From Azolla caroliniana (taxonomy: Eukaryota > Plantae > Polypodiophyta), in the NCBI GenBank assembly GCA_043228905.1, contig JBHGNT010000010.1, forward strand, positions 16,988,001 through 17,052,000: 64,000 nucleotides of DNA. Direction: 5' to 3'. This document shows, piece by piece, positions 25,590 to 36,027 of the stretch. A program made the translations under genes and the position numbers. The number at the start of each line of letters is the position of its first letter. Position 1 is the stretch's first letter. Below the pieces are notes generated by a model. The model searched no databases. It saw only the letters and a list, made by a program, of their open reading frames with translations, and was not told the DNA's origin.

Positions 25590-25872
25590 ATTTGATTCGA
25601 ATTCATTTGAGAATACATGTATGCGCTTATTTATAGGTTCCTATAGAATAGCTTAGAGATTTCTAGAATGTTCTAGAATGTTCTAGACCTAGAATGCTCT
25701 AGGACATTCTAGAATAATCTAGAGTTTTTACAATAATCAATGTAATACAAGAAGTAGCTTTTATTGTTTCATATAACAATAAGTTATCTTAATGGTTGAG
25801 ATTTTCAAGTATGAATTACAAGGTTCGAGGTTCAAGTCCGGGTGACGCCATAATCGTCATGTGTTCATGACA
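24294..25872 (-). mobile_element. Rearranged fold-back LTR retroelement remnant (Gypsy, possibly chromovirus-like gag/PR pieces)
   Basis: TG...CA ends with 5-bp TSD GTCCG at 24289-24293 and 25873-25877. Contains CLYCGGPGHIAIHC and ALLDTGANSCFMD. Confidence 0.85.
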
Positions 25873-27323
25873 GTCCGCGCTCCACGTTCCCATTAGCCTC
25901 CGGATTGTACGCCGTGGTGAGCGAGAGCTTAATTCCTAGTCGGTCAAACAACTCTTCCGCCTCTTGCGCATCCAATTCCCCGCGGTCGGCCACAATCTTA
26001 CCTACGCACCCGTATCGGCACACCACTTCTTCGATCAGAAATCAGCACACGGTCGCGGTCGTTTTGCTCTGCAACGCTCGGCCTTCCACCTGGTTCGTCA
26101 AGTCCTCTCGAGCCAACACCAGATACCGCATCTGCCCTACCCCCATCGACATCATCACCAGATCCGCCATCCACTTGAAGTGGATGGTTGGGCAGTGGTA
26201 TCAACGCAGAGTACTCCGATGTAGGACTACGGAGTGCACCTGACAGCTTTCGCAAGTCGTCACAAACCGATGCACATCCCGATATAGTCCCGGCCACCAG
26301 TACTTCCCCCTTATCTTCTCGAATGTGGCCACGTCCCCGTGGTGTCCGGCCCAGGGACTCTCGTGGTACGCCGTCAGCAATTCTCCCTGCTTCTCTTTCT
26401 TCGCCACCACTTGGAGTGGGATGCCGCTTCTCTTCTTCGGGTGCTTCCATATGCTCCCGTTGTCGGGATATTATGCAAGTGCGTGTGGAATCGAGGCGGG
26501 ACCGCGGGGGTCTCGAACCAAAGAGCAAGCGAGGGAGGGGAAAGAGAGAGAGAACCGGCTACGCAGGACCGGGGGTACACAGGGACACGGCCCTTCAGCA
26601 CGGAGATCACGAACAGACACCGACACAGACAGATGCGAATGGCTAAATGTGTATATTAAGAAAAACGGCTAACACGACTACAACCCTCGACGGGGCACAG
26701 GTTGGTTACGACCGAACAGGCCGGCGAACAGATGCCGATGCCTGTTCACTTCGACGCTCAAAGGGGCTGTAGCTGGTCGGAGGTGCTGCCGGAAGCACTC
26801 GGGCGTTCCTCGAAAACAGCGCGAGCCTCCTCGGAACCCTGCACGGAAAGCTATGGAGCTCAAGAAGGAAGGAAACAGAGAGCGAAGCGTCCAGAAACGG
26901 TCCGGCAGCACTTCGTCCTCTCTACGCGAGATATATCTGCAACAGCTCTTTCCCGCTCCTTATATAGGCCGACGAGCAGGCCGTCCTGTCAGCTTTATTC
27001 CCTGTCCCTTTTGGACAGGGATCCGCTCCGTTTTTCACGCATCCGCGTAGTTACGCCGCCGACTCGTACAGTTCGCGCGCGCGACCGAAAAGACTGTTCG
27101 CGCGGTCTTTGTCTCCACTTGAGTTAGGGCCCGTTCCTGCCGATTATCCTCCTAATTCGCTTCTATGTACTACTTGGAGCGTGCGCGCGTGAAGAACCGG
27201 TTCCCACGCCTTGGTGCGCCGATTCCGCCTATGGACGGTTTTCTTCACGACATCCGCCCCCACCTAACCGCGCATCCTCCGGTATGCGCCAAGAGAGTTG
27301 GGACGGAGAAAACCGGCCCGTCT

Positions 27324-30300
27324 TCATCCCTCGCCCGTCGGTTCTTCCTCGTTTTCGGATCGTTCGTCACTGCCGACCAGGAGAGCCGGGTCTGGCTCGT
27401 CGTCGTGTCGCTTCTTGAACGCTTTGATCCGCTTCCCTGCAACCGGTATCGTCATTCTCGTGCCGTCGAGTTCCGCCAGGTGGTATGTCCCGTTGTCATT
27501 GGCGCTCCGTACCACGTAAGGCCCGAACCACCTTCGTGCGAACTTCCGTGTAGCTCGGTGCTGGTTGTCGAGGCTGCTATCGTAGACGAGCACCCAGTCA
27601 CCTTCTTCGATTTTCTTCGGTCGGAGCCGGTGCGTTCGGTCGAACCTGGCTTTGTTCTTTCTCCTCGCCACTCGGAGCTTCTCCGCAGCCAGTTCCACGT
27701 CCTCCGGTCTCCGCTCGAGCTGTCGTATGCGCGCGGCCAACAACTCCTCCCGGCTCATCTCGTCCCTCCAGTCGACCGTTGCCCACGAGGAGATCGTCCG
27801 TTCCATCGGCATGATCGGCTTCTGGCCGAACATGAGCTCCGTCGGCATGTACCCGGTTACCGAACTGTGCGTGGTCCGGTCCGCCCACAAAGCATAAGGT
27901 AGCAGCCGCGGCCAGTTACCGACTCGGCCTCTGCATGCCCGAACCAACGCCTTGACGATCGGTCCGTGTCCGCGCTCCACCTTTCCATTCGCCTCCGGAT
28001 TGTACGCAGTGGTGAGCGAGAGCTTGACTCCCAGCCGGTCGAACAGCTCCGCGGCTTCTTCGGCGTCCAACTCCCCTCGGTCAGCCACGATCTTTCCGAC
28101 GCACCCATACCGGCATATCACGTCCTCGACTAGGAACCGGCATACGGCCGCGGTTGTTTTGTTCGGAAGGGCCCGGCCTTCCACCTGGTTCGTCAGATCC
28201 TCCCGCGCTAGGACCAGGTACCGCATCTGTCCTACTCCCATTGGCATCGTCACCAGATCTACCATCCATTTGAAGTGGATGGTCAGAGGGTACGTGGGGT
28301 GAAGCTCGTCCCGATGTCGGACTGTGGAGTGCATCTGACAGCTCTCGCAAGTTGTCACGAACCGATGCACGTCCTGGTACTGCCCCGGCCACCAATACTT
28401 CCCCTTCAGTTTCTCAAATGTAGCCCATGTTCCACGGTGTCCAGCCCAAGGGCTGTCGTGGTAGGCCGTCAGCAGCTCCTCCTGTTCTTCCTTCATCGCC
28501 ACCACCCGGAGCGGAACGCCGTCCTTCTTCTTCGGGTGCTTCCATAGACAGCTATCCCGGAGAAAGAACCGGTACGCTTTCTTCCGGATCCGGTCGGCCT
28601 CGTCCTTCGTCCATGACGCATCGGGCGTCATTGTCTTCAGAAACCCACCGATCTGCAGCCACTCCCCGTCGTACTTGCTCGCGTCGAAGTCGTTAAGCGC
28701 CGGAGTGCTTGTTCCGTCTGTTGTTACATACGCAGTCTCGAAGAAGTCCACGCCGACGTCTTCGTCCTCCGAAACCATGCCGCCCTCGTCATCGAATCTC
28801 GCCCTTGAAAGCATGTCGGCCATGGCGTTGTCTTTCCCGGAAATGTGTCGTATTACCGGGTCTAGGGACTTGATATACGCTATCCACCTGAGCATTGCCA
28901 GGTCCGGCGTCGCGCATCCGGAAATCATGCCGAGAATCGGCATGCAATCCGTCTCTATGATTACCTCCGTCCCGATCAGATAGTCCTTGTCGGCCTTCAC
29001 CGCCGAAACGATACCCCAGAGTTCGCGTTTAACCTGGGCGTATCCTCGCTGCCGTTCGCTGAGGACCTTCGCACCGAATCGGATCGGGAACCGATTGCCG
29101 TCCTCGTCTTCTTGGTTGACGACCCACCCGATTCCGGTCGGACTCGTGTCAACCGTTATGTACACTGGGGTGCCCTTCCTGTAGACGGCCTTTCGGAGCG
29201 CCGGTGCTGCCGAAAGAGCCTCCTTCAGCTTCCGGACCGACTCCGTGTGCTTGTCTAGCCATTCGAACCTTCGCCCTTTCCTCAGTAATCCGTATAGCGG
29301 CTCCGCAACGTGGGCGTAATGCGGGATCCATATGTGGTAGAATGCGCATGCCCCCAGGAATCTTCGCACTTCCGTGACCGAGCTGCAGTCGGGCTTCATC
29401 GCGGAGATGGCTTCTACCTTTGCCGGAGACGGTTTCCGGCCATATGGCCCACATAAGTGTCCGACCACCATGATTTCCGACTGCCCGAAGGCTGATTTCT
29501 CCCCCGAGAAGGTGAGCCTCGCCTCCTCTAGCCTTTGCAGCACCTTCTCGCAGTCGTCGATGTGCGCCGTCACGAATCGCCGGCATCCGTCCGGCCCGAT
29601 CGTCTCGTCCTTCTCTTCTACCGGGCATCCCTTGATCGGGATGTCGTCTAGAAACGGCATGGTGATGTTCGGGATGCAGTCCCTCAGCACCTTGTTCATC
29701 GCATTCACCATGTGGGCCACTGAGTTGGTCCCTCCTTGCGGCAGCGTACACATCCGCACTAGGCCGAGGGGAGTTCGCATCGTCGTAATGTCTCTGCTCT
29801 CCACGGCTAGCTGGAACTGGTCATACCCTGAGTATAGATCACCGACCGAGTAAATCGACCTTCCGGCGAAGGCCTCCGCGAACTCGTCTATGGTCGGTCC
29901 GATCCCCGCGTTCCGAATGGTCACTCTATTGACCGGCTGCAGGTCCTGAATGAAGCGCAATGATCCGTTTTTCTTTGGTACGGTAAACCAGCGGTTTGAA
30001 TACGGGGCGCTCGACGGCTCGAGAATGCCCATATCAACTTTCTCCTTCAACAGCTCCATCAACTTCGGGATGTGAGCTCTCGGAACCGAAATTGGCTTGA
30101 GATTCCACGGTACATGCGGTACCGTGAATATCACCATCGGCTCTACGATCGTCGGGTCCACGCACCCGATTTCCTCCGGCGAGAATGCGAAGGCTTTCCC
30201 GTGCCTTCCGAGCATTCTCCGGAACCGGTCTTCCTCCGCCGGCAGTAGGAACCCGCCCCCACCGATCTTCAGCTCGCGGAGCGTCTCGTTGGTGAAGGTG

Positions 30301-30806
30301 TGTCCTATGCAGGCCCGATCTCGTAAGCTGGGGTCCGATGCAACCCCTTTAATCCGGGATTCACTGCCCTCCGGTAAGGGCGCCGCAACTGGCCTCACCT
30401 TCCGGTCCACCGTCTTGTACTTGGTGCTCACCCGGGCCGTCCGTTCCGACTCGAGCCCTCGACCGAAGTCCGCGATGACTTCGTACATTTCTTCGGAACA
30501 TACCGGTATCGTCCGGTCTTCGTTAAGGTCTTCTTCGACTACCTTCCCCAGCATTCCCAAGGTGTCGTCGAAAGAGACTGCCTCCACGGCTCCGTTGATT
30601 CCTTCGTCAGGGCCGAGAACTCCGCACGCCCGAAGTCTCCCCTCCGTCTTTGTTTTCTCTCGGCCGGTGATGCCGACCATCGTACATGCTCCGCTGTCGG
30701 AGAAGCAAAATTTCCTACCTATTGTACACGGTTTTATCGTACAGATGTGGGGTTTTCCCGGAGCATCCGGACTGTCGCGGCCCCACGCCTTGGCAGTCCT
30801 CTCTAA
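27324..30806 (-). CDS. G2 Pol (RT-RNaseH-integrase), -1 frame relative to gag
   Basis: The frame is open from the gag end through ATG 30680 to 27324. Motifs DLYSGYDQ, LPQG, FLDD, RNase H, HHCC, DDE and GPY. No chromodomain. Confidence 0.93.
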   Translation of the reverse strand, partial: LERTAKAWGRDSPDAPGKPHICTIKPCTIGRKFCFSDSGACTMVGITGREKTKTEGRLRACGVLGPDEGINGAVEAVSFDDTLGMLGKVVEEDLNEDRTIPVCSEEMYEVIADFGRGLESERTARVSTKYKTVDRKVRPVAAPLPEGSESRIKGVASDPSLRDRACIGHTFTNETLRELKIGGGGFLLPAEEDRFRRMLGRHGKAFAFSPEEIGCVDPTIVEPMVIFTVPHVPWNLKPISVPRAHIPKLMELLKEKVDMGILEPSSAPYSNRWFTVPKKNGSLRFIQDLQPVNRVTIRNAGIGPTIDEFAEAFAGRSIYSVGDLYSGYDQFQLAVESRDITTMRTPLGLVRMCTLPQGGTNSVAHMVNAMNKVLRDCIPNITMPFLDDIPIKGCPVEEKDETIGPDGCRRFVTAHIDDCEKVLQRLEEARLTFSGEKSAFGQSEIMVVGHLCGPYGRKPSPAKVEAISAMKPDCSSVTEVRRFLGACAFYHIWIPHYAHVAEPLYGLLRKGRRFEWLDKHTESVRKLKEALSAAPALRKAVYRKGTPVYITVDTSPTGIGWVVNQEDEDGNRFPIRFGAKVLSERQRGYAQVKRELWGIVSAVKADKDYLIGTEVIIETDCMPILGMISGCATPDLAMLRWIAYIKSLDPVIRHISGKDNAMADMLSRARFDDEGGMVSEDEDVGVDFFETAYVTTDGTSTPALNDFDASKYDGEWLQIGGFLKTMTPDASWTKDEADRIRKKAYRFFLRDSCLWKHPKKKDGVPLRVVAMKEEQEELLTAYHDSPWAGHRGTWATFEKLKGKYWWPGQYQDVHRFVTTCESCQMHSTVRHRDELHPTYPLTIHFKWMVDLVTMPMGVGQMRYLVLAREDLTNQVEGRALPNKTTAAVCRFLVEDVICRYGCVGKIVADRGELDAEEAAELFDRLGVKLSLTTAYNPEANGKVERGHGPIVKALVRACRGRVGNWPRLLPYALWADRTTHSSVTGYMPTELMFGQKPIMPMERTISSWATVDWRDEMSREELLAARIRQLERRPEDVELAAEKLRVARRKNKARFDRTHRLRPKKIEEGDWVLVYDSSLDNQHRATRKFARRWFGPYVVRSANDNGTYHLAELDGTRMTIPVAGKRIKAFKKRHDDEPDPALLVGSDERSENEEEPTGEG

Positions 30807-30812
30807 AAATCC
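30747..30812 (-). promoter_or_regulatory. Predicted -1 ribosomal frameshift signal
   Basis: G GAT TTT at 30812-30806, 6-nt spacer, stem GGACTG/CAGTCC, and loop GTGGGG complementary to downstream CCCCAC. Confidence 0.75.
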
Positions 30813-32929
30813 TCTCGGGTTTCGGAACCGAGGGAATCGCGGTTACGTTCGTGGTTCGGCCTTACCGTCAGAAACTGGACCGAATGGCGCCCGTCTTGGC
30901 TTTTGACTCTCGCGTAGGCCGAACCATTGTCCAGCACTTTGGTCTCCATTCGCGCCGCCGTGATGTACGGCTCTCCCAGAATGACCGGATGCGAAGACGT
31001 CTCCTGCACGAAGAAGTGCTGGTCAATCTCGACGTCGCCAATCTTGACTCGCACATTCGGACAGGCCCCGTGCAGTTCCTCGGTGGCGCGCGTTGCTGCC
31101 CTTATTTTCCACCCGTGCTTGGTGTTGATCGGCCATTTGCCCTTCTTATAGAAGTCCATGGACATCAAATTGATCTCCGATCCGTGGTCCACCAAAGCTG
31201 TCACCGGTTCCTGGACATCGCCGATCTTCACCGGGGTTTCCGTGGTCGCTCGGGCCCAGTGTGGCCTCGAATAGTGGCTTTCCGCCCACTCGTCTCCCAG
31301 CGCCATGTCGTCTAGGTGCGTCGTCCGCACTTCCACCGGTCTTTCCGGTTCTGTCTCCGTCGACAGCCTCTTCCGTTTCACCAAGTCCACGATGGAGTCG
31401 TGGAACTCCTTCTTGGCGATTCCCAGCACCTCTCGTAACGACAGCTCCACCTTGCTGTCGAGGATCCGTTCCTCCAGGACCTTCCGTAAGTCCGTGGTCC
31501 TTTCTATCTCCGTCCCCAGACGGTACCCGCCCTTCTGGGGTTTATCTTGCGTGCCGGCCCCGCCGGATTCGTCCCGTCGTGGCCCGGACTGGGTCTCGTA
31601 TCGTTGTGAGGGCCCGGTCGTCCCGGGTTTCCCCACCCGCTTCTCTTCTACCAGAGCCTCGTAGTTCTGGCAAGCGGCTTCCACGAAGCCCGTCCGTTCC
31701 TCGACCGGGTCGCTCCACCCGGTCATCTCCCGTACCCGTTTCTCCGCACGGTCCGATTCCTCCCCTTTAAGCCTTGCACCGGCAAGGCCTTCCAGCATCG
31801 TCGGCCAGAATCCGGCTTTGCTTTCCCTTCGGGCCTCGCCGCCCCCGACTCGAATGCCGGCCGACGCCGAGTAGTGGACGGTTTCCGCGTGTCGGGCCGC
31901 CGCCTCTTCCATCAACCTTTTCATACCACCTTTTCCGTCGTTTCGGCTCAGGGCCCTTCGGGTGTCGCTGGCATGCACCCGTCCTTCCCACAGGTACACC
32001 ACCCTGTCCCTCAGCGCCTCCGCGAAGTCGCCGCAGTCCTTCCGAATGTGGCCGACTTCATCGCACCACATGCACCTGTTTCCTGCCGCCGGCCGTCGGT
32101 CACGAGCCGGTTCGCCACCTTCCCTTCGGGCTTGCGCGATTTGGAGGTCCTTTACCGCCCTCGTCAATTCCTCCAGCGCCGCTCCTCCGGTTGAGCCTCT
32201 GACTACGCCGGTCGAAGCCGAACCGGTTTCCAACCACTCTCGGGTCTCTTCCTTTCGCACCTGTGGCGCTGGTTCGAACTTCCTTGCTGCGACCGAGCCC
32301 GACCCGGTTACCCCGTTATCCGCCCATTCTCGCCGTTTGTCGAAACGGCCACAGACCTTCTTGACAGCCGCCCAGTCGGTAGTGAGCCCGTCTTCGGTTT
32401 CCAGCAAGAGGCCCACTTGCTCCCGATCCCGCTCGTCGACCGACTTGACAAACAGCAAGACCCGGCTCGTGTCCAGGATGGTTCGGTCGAGCGCCGAAAG
32501 GCGCGCAAAGTTTTCCTCGAACTCCCGGAGGAGTGCCGACGCGTTTCTTCCCTTCCCCGGGGACTCCACCCATTCCATGAACCTTCGCTTCGAAAGCCGG
32601 AGCGCGTCGTCCAGCCCGTATTTCTCTAGGAGCCGACCTTCGAACTCCTCCCAGGTACGGCTCTCCGCCCGCACCTCGAGCACCTCCGCATGGATGCTCG
32701 GCATCGCCACTCGGGGAAATCTGGCAAGACGCCTTCCTTCCGGAATGTCCCGCATCAGCATCTCTGCACCGTAGGACGCCAAATACTTCGTGGCATCCTT
32801 CCCATCGAACCGGCCGATCGTACCGACGACCGCCTCAATAGCTCTGTCGAGGGCACCGGTGCTCTCGCGCGCGTTTACAATCCGATCCACGGCCGAAGCC
32901 ATGGCCTCTGCGAGATCCGACCCCCTCAT
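30803..32929 (-). CDS. G2 Gag-protease ORF
   Basis: First ATG after the PBS at 32929. CMWCDEVGHIRKDC knuckle and protease ALVDHGSEIN. Ends GAT TTT TAG. Confidence 0.92.
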   Translation of the reverse strand: MRGSDLAEAMASAVDRIVNARESTGALDRAIEAVVGTIGRFDGKDATKYLASYGAEMLMRDIPEGRRLARFPRVAMPSIHAEVLEVRAESRTWEEFEGRLLEKYGLDDALRLSKRRFMEWVESPGKGRNASALLREFEENFARLSALDRTILDTSRVLLFVKSVDERDREQVGLLLETEDGLTTDWAAVKKVCGRFDKRREWADNGVTGSGSVAARKFEPAPQVRKEETREWLETGSASTGVVRGSTGGAALEELTRAVKDLQIAQARREGGEPARDRRPAAGNRCMWCDEVGHIRKDCGDFAEALRDRVVYLWEGRVHASDTRRALSRNDGKGGMKRLMEEAAARHAETVHYSASAGIRVGGGEARRESKAGFWPTMLEGLAGARLKGEESDRAEKRVREMTGWSDPVEERTGFVEAACQNYEALVEEKRVGKPGTTGPSQRYETQSGPRRDESGGAGTQDKPQKGGYRLGTEIERTTDLRKVLEERILDSKVELSLREVLGIAKKEFHDSIVDLVKRKRLSTETEPERPVEVRTTHLDDMALGDEWAESHYSRPHWARATTETPVKIGDVQEPVTALVDHGSEINLMSMDFYKKGKWPINTKHGWKIRAATRATEELHGACPNVRVKIGDVEIDQHFFVQETSSHPVILGEPYITAARMETKVLDNGSAYARVKSQDGRHSVQFLTVRPNHERNRDSLGSETREDF

Positions 32930-35900
32930 CTTCTGCTCTTCTGCCGCCTCTTTCACGTCGGGTTCACCAAGATGTCGGGATATTATGCAAGTGCGTGTGG
33001 AATCGAGGCGGGACCGCGGGGGTCTCGAACCAAAGAGCAAGCGAGGGAGGGGAAAGAGAGAGAGAACCGGCTACGCAGGACCGGGGGTACACAGGGACAC
33101 GGCCCTTCAGCACGGAGATCACGAACAGACACCGACACAGACAGATGCGAATGGCTAAATGTGTATATTAAGAAAAACGGCTAACACGACTACAACCCTC
33201 GACGGGGCACAGGTTGGTTACGACCGAACAGGCCGGCGAACAGATGCCGATGCCTGTTCACTTCGACGCTCAAAGGGGCTGTAGCTGGTCGGAGGTGCTG
33301 CCGGAAGCACTCGGGCGTTCCTCGAAAACAGCGCGAGCCTCCTCGGAACCCTGCACGGAAAGCTATGGAGCTCAAGAAGGAAGGAAACAGAGAGCGAAGC
33401 GTCCAGAAACGGTCCGGCAGCACTTCGTCCTCTCTACGCGAGATATATCTGCAACAGCTCTTTCCCGCTCCTTATATAGGCCGACGAGCAGGCCGTCCTG
33501 TCAGCTTTATTCCCTGTCCCTTTTGGACAGGGATCCGCTCCGTTTTTCACGCATCCGCGTAGTTACGCCGCCGACTCGTACAGTTCGCGCGCGCGACCGA
33601 AAAGACTGTTCGCGCGGTCTTTGTCTCCACTTGAGTTAGGGCCCGTTCCTGCCGATTATCCTCCTAATTCGCTTCTATGTACTACTTGGAGCGTGCGCGC
33701 GTGAAGAACCGGTTCCCACGCCTTGGTGCGCCGATTCCGCCTATGGACGGTTTTCTTCACGACACCGTCTCGTAGGAAGAATTGGTACGCCTTCTTCCGA
33801 ATCCTGTTGGCCTCTTCCTTTGTCCATGCCGCATCCGGTGTCATTGTCTTCAAGAACCCACCGATCTGGAGCCACTCCCCGTCGTACTTACTCTCGTTGA
33901 ATTCGTTAAGCGCCGGAGTGCTCCCCTTTCTTGTTGTTACGTTAGCTGACCCGAAGAAGTCCTTGCCGACTTCTTCGTTATTTGAAACCATGTCGTCCTC
34001 GTCGCTGAACCTCGCCCTGAAAGCATATCGGCCATGGCGTTATCCTTTCCAGAGATGTGCCGTATCTCTGGGTGTAGGGACTTGATGTACGCGATCCACC
34101 TGAGCATCGCCAGGTCCGGAGTCACGCATCCGAAAACCATACCCAGAATCGGTAGGCAGTCCGTCTCGATGATCACTTCCGTCCCGATCAAATAGTCCTT
34201 GTCGGCCTTAACTGCCGAAACGATACCCCATAGCTCGTGCTTGATTTGGGCGTATCCTCGTTGCCGCTCGCTCAATACCTTTGCCCCGAACCGGATCGGG
34301 AACCGTACACCGTCTTCGTCTTCCTGACTGATCACCCACCTGATCCCGGTCGGGCTCATGTCCACCGTCACATAAATGGGGACTTCCTTACCGTAAACCG
34401 CTTTCCGGAGAGCCGGTGCCGTGGTGAGCGCCTCCTTCAGTCTCCGGACCGATTCTGTGTGCTCGTCTCTCCGCTCGAATTTATGCCCTTTCTTCAACAA
34501 CCAATAAAGCGGTTCCACGACATGCGCGTAGTGCGGAATCCAGATGTGATAGAACGCACATGCCCCAAGGATCCTTCGCACCTCGGTGACCGACCCGCAA
34601 TCATCCTTCATCGCGGAGATGGCTTCTACCTTTGTCGGGGACGGCTTTCGGTCGAAAGGCCCGCACAGGTGTCCGACTACCAGGATCTCCGGCTGTTCGA
34701 AGGTTGATTTTTCTCCTAAGAAGGTGAGTCGTGCGCTCTCGAGCCTTTGTAGCACCTTCTCGCAGTCGCGGATGTGATCCGTCACGAACCTCCGGCAACC
34801 GTCGGGCCCGACTGACTAGTCCTTGTCCCCCACCGGACTCCCTTTGATCGGGATGTCATCCAAAAACGGCATGGTGATGTTCGGGATGCAGTCCCTCAAC
34901 ACCTTGTTCATCGTATTCACCATGTGCGCCACCGAGTTCATTCCTCCTTGCGGCAGGGTACACATCCGAACTAGGTCGAGAGGAGTCTGCATCGTTGTGA
35001 CATCCCTACTTTCTACGGCTAGTTGGAACTAATTGTACCTTGAGTACAGGTCCTTGACCGAGTAGATCGACCTCCCTGTGAAGGCCTCCGCAAACTCATC
35101 GATGGTCGGTCCGATACCTGCGTTTCGAATGGTCACCTTGTTGACCGGTGGCAGGTCTTGTATGAAGCGCAGTGTGCCGTTCTTCTTTGGCACGATAAAC
35201 CACCGATTTGAATATGGGGCACTCGACGGTTCGAGGATGCCCATCTCCACCTTCTGTTTCAGCAGTTCCATCAGCTTCGAGATGTGAACTCTGGGTACCG
35301 GAATCGGTTTGAGATTCCACGGCACATGCAGTACCGTGAAGATCACCATTGGTTCCACAACTTTCGGGTCTACGCACCCGATCTCCTCCGGTGAGAACGC
35401 GATGGCCTTCCCGTGCCTTCCGAGCATCCTCCAAAACTGGTCCTCCTCCGGCAATAGAAAGCCACCCCCACCGACCTTGACCTCCCGTAGCGTTATGTCG
35501 GTGAACCGGTGCCCTATGCCGGCTGGATTCCGTAAACTTGGGTCCGACGCGACCCCTTTTATCCGCTCTCCGCTGCCCTCCAGCAAGGGTGCCGCAACTG
35601 GCCTCACCTTCCGGTCCACAGTCTTCTACTTCATATCCATTCGGGCCGTTCGATTCGACCCGAGTCCACTACCAAAGTCGGCGATGACTTCGTACATCTT
35701 TTCCGAACATACCGGAATCGTCTGGTGCTCATTAAGGCCTTCTTCGAACACCTCCCGTAACTTCCCCAATGTGTCGTCGAAAGAGACTGCCTCCACAGCT
35801 CCGTTGATTTCCTCTTCAGGGCTGAGGACTCCCCATGCCTGAAGTCGCTCCTCCGCCCGCATCTTTTCCCAGCCAACTATGCCGGCTATCGTACAACCTC

Positions 35901-35961
35901 CGTTATCGGAGAACCAAAATTTTCTACCTATGGTACATCTTTTTTCGCCTATAGTACATCT

Positions 35962-36027
35962 GTGGGGTTTTTCCGAGGTGTTCGGACTATCGCGGCCCCA
36001 CGCCTTGATAGCCCTCTCTAAAAATCC
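35962..36027 (-). promoter_or_regulatory. Homologous -1 frameshift signal in G1
   Basis: Same heptamer and spacer. Stem GGGCTATC/GATAGTCC, with GTGGGG/CCCCAC retained. Confidence 0.7.

Larger units (their letters stand above)
26461..33764 (-). mobile_element. Intact young Ty3/Gypsy G2 (non-chromodomain, Trp PBS), 7304 bp
   Basis: 792-bp LTRs at 26461-27252 and 32973-33764 with no difference noticed. TSD CCGT, PBS 32969-32952, PPT next to 27253, intact ORFs. Confidence 0.97.

Noticed and set aside
26188-33639. Many long antisense or alternative-frame ORFs (for example 27165-27902, 30097-30906, 31962-32774)
   Set aside because: Shadow ORFs of GC-rich gag/pol or LTR sequence with no recognisable domains.
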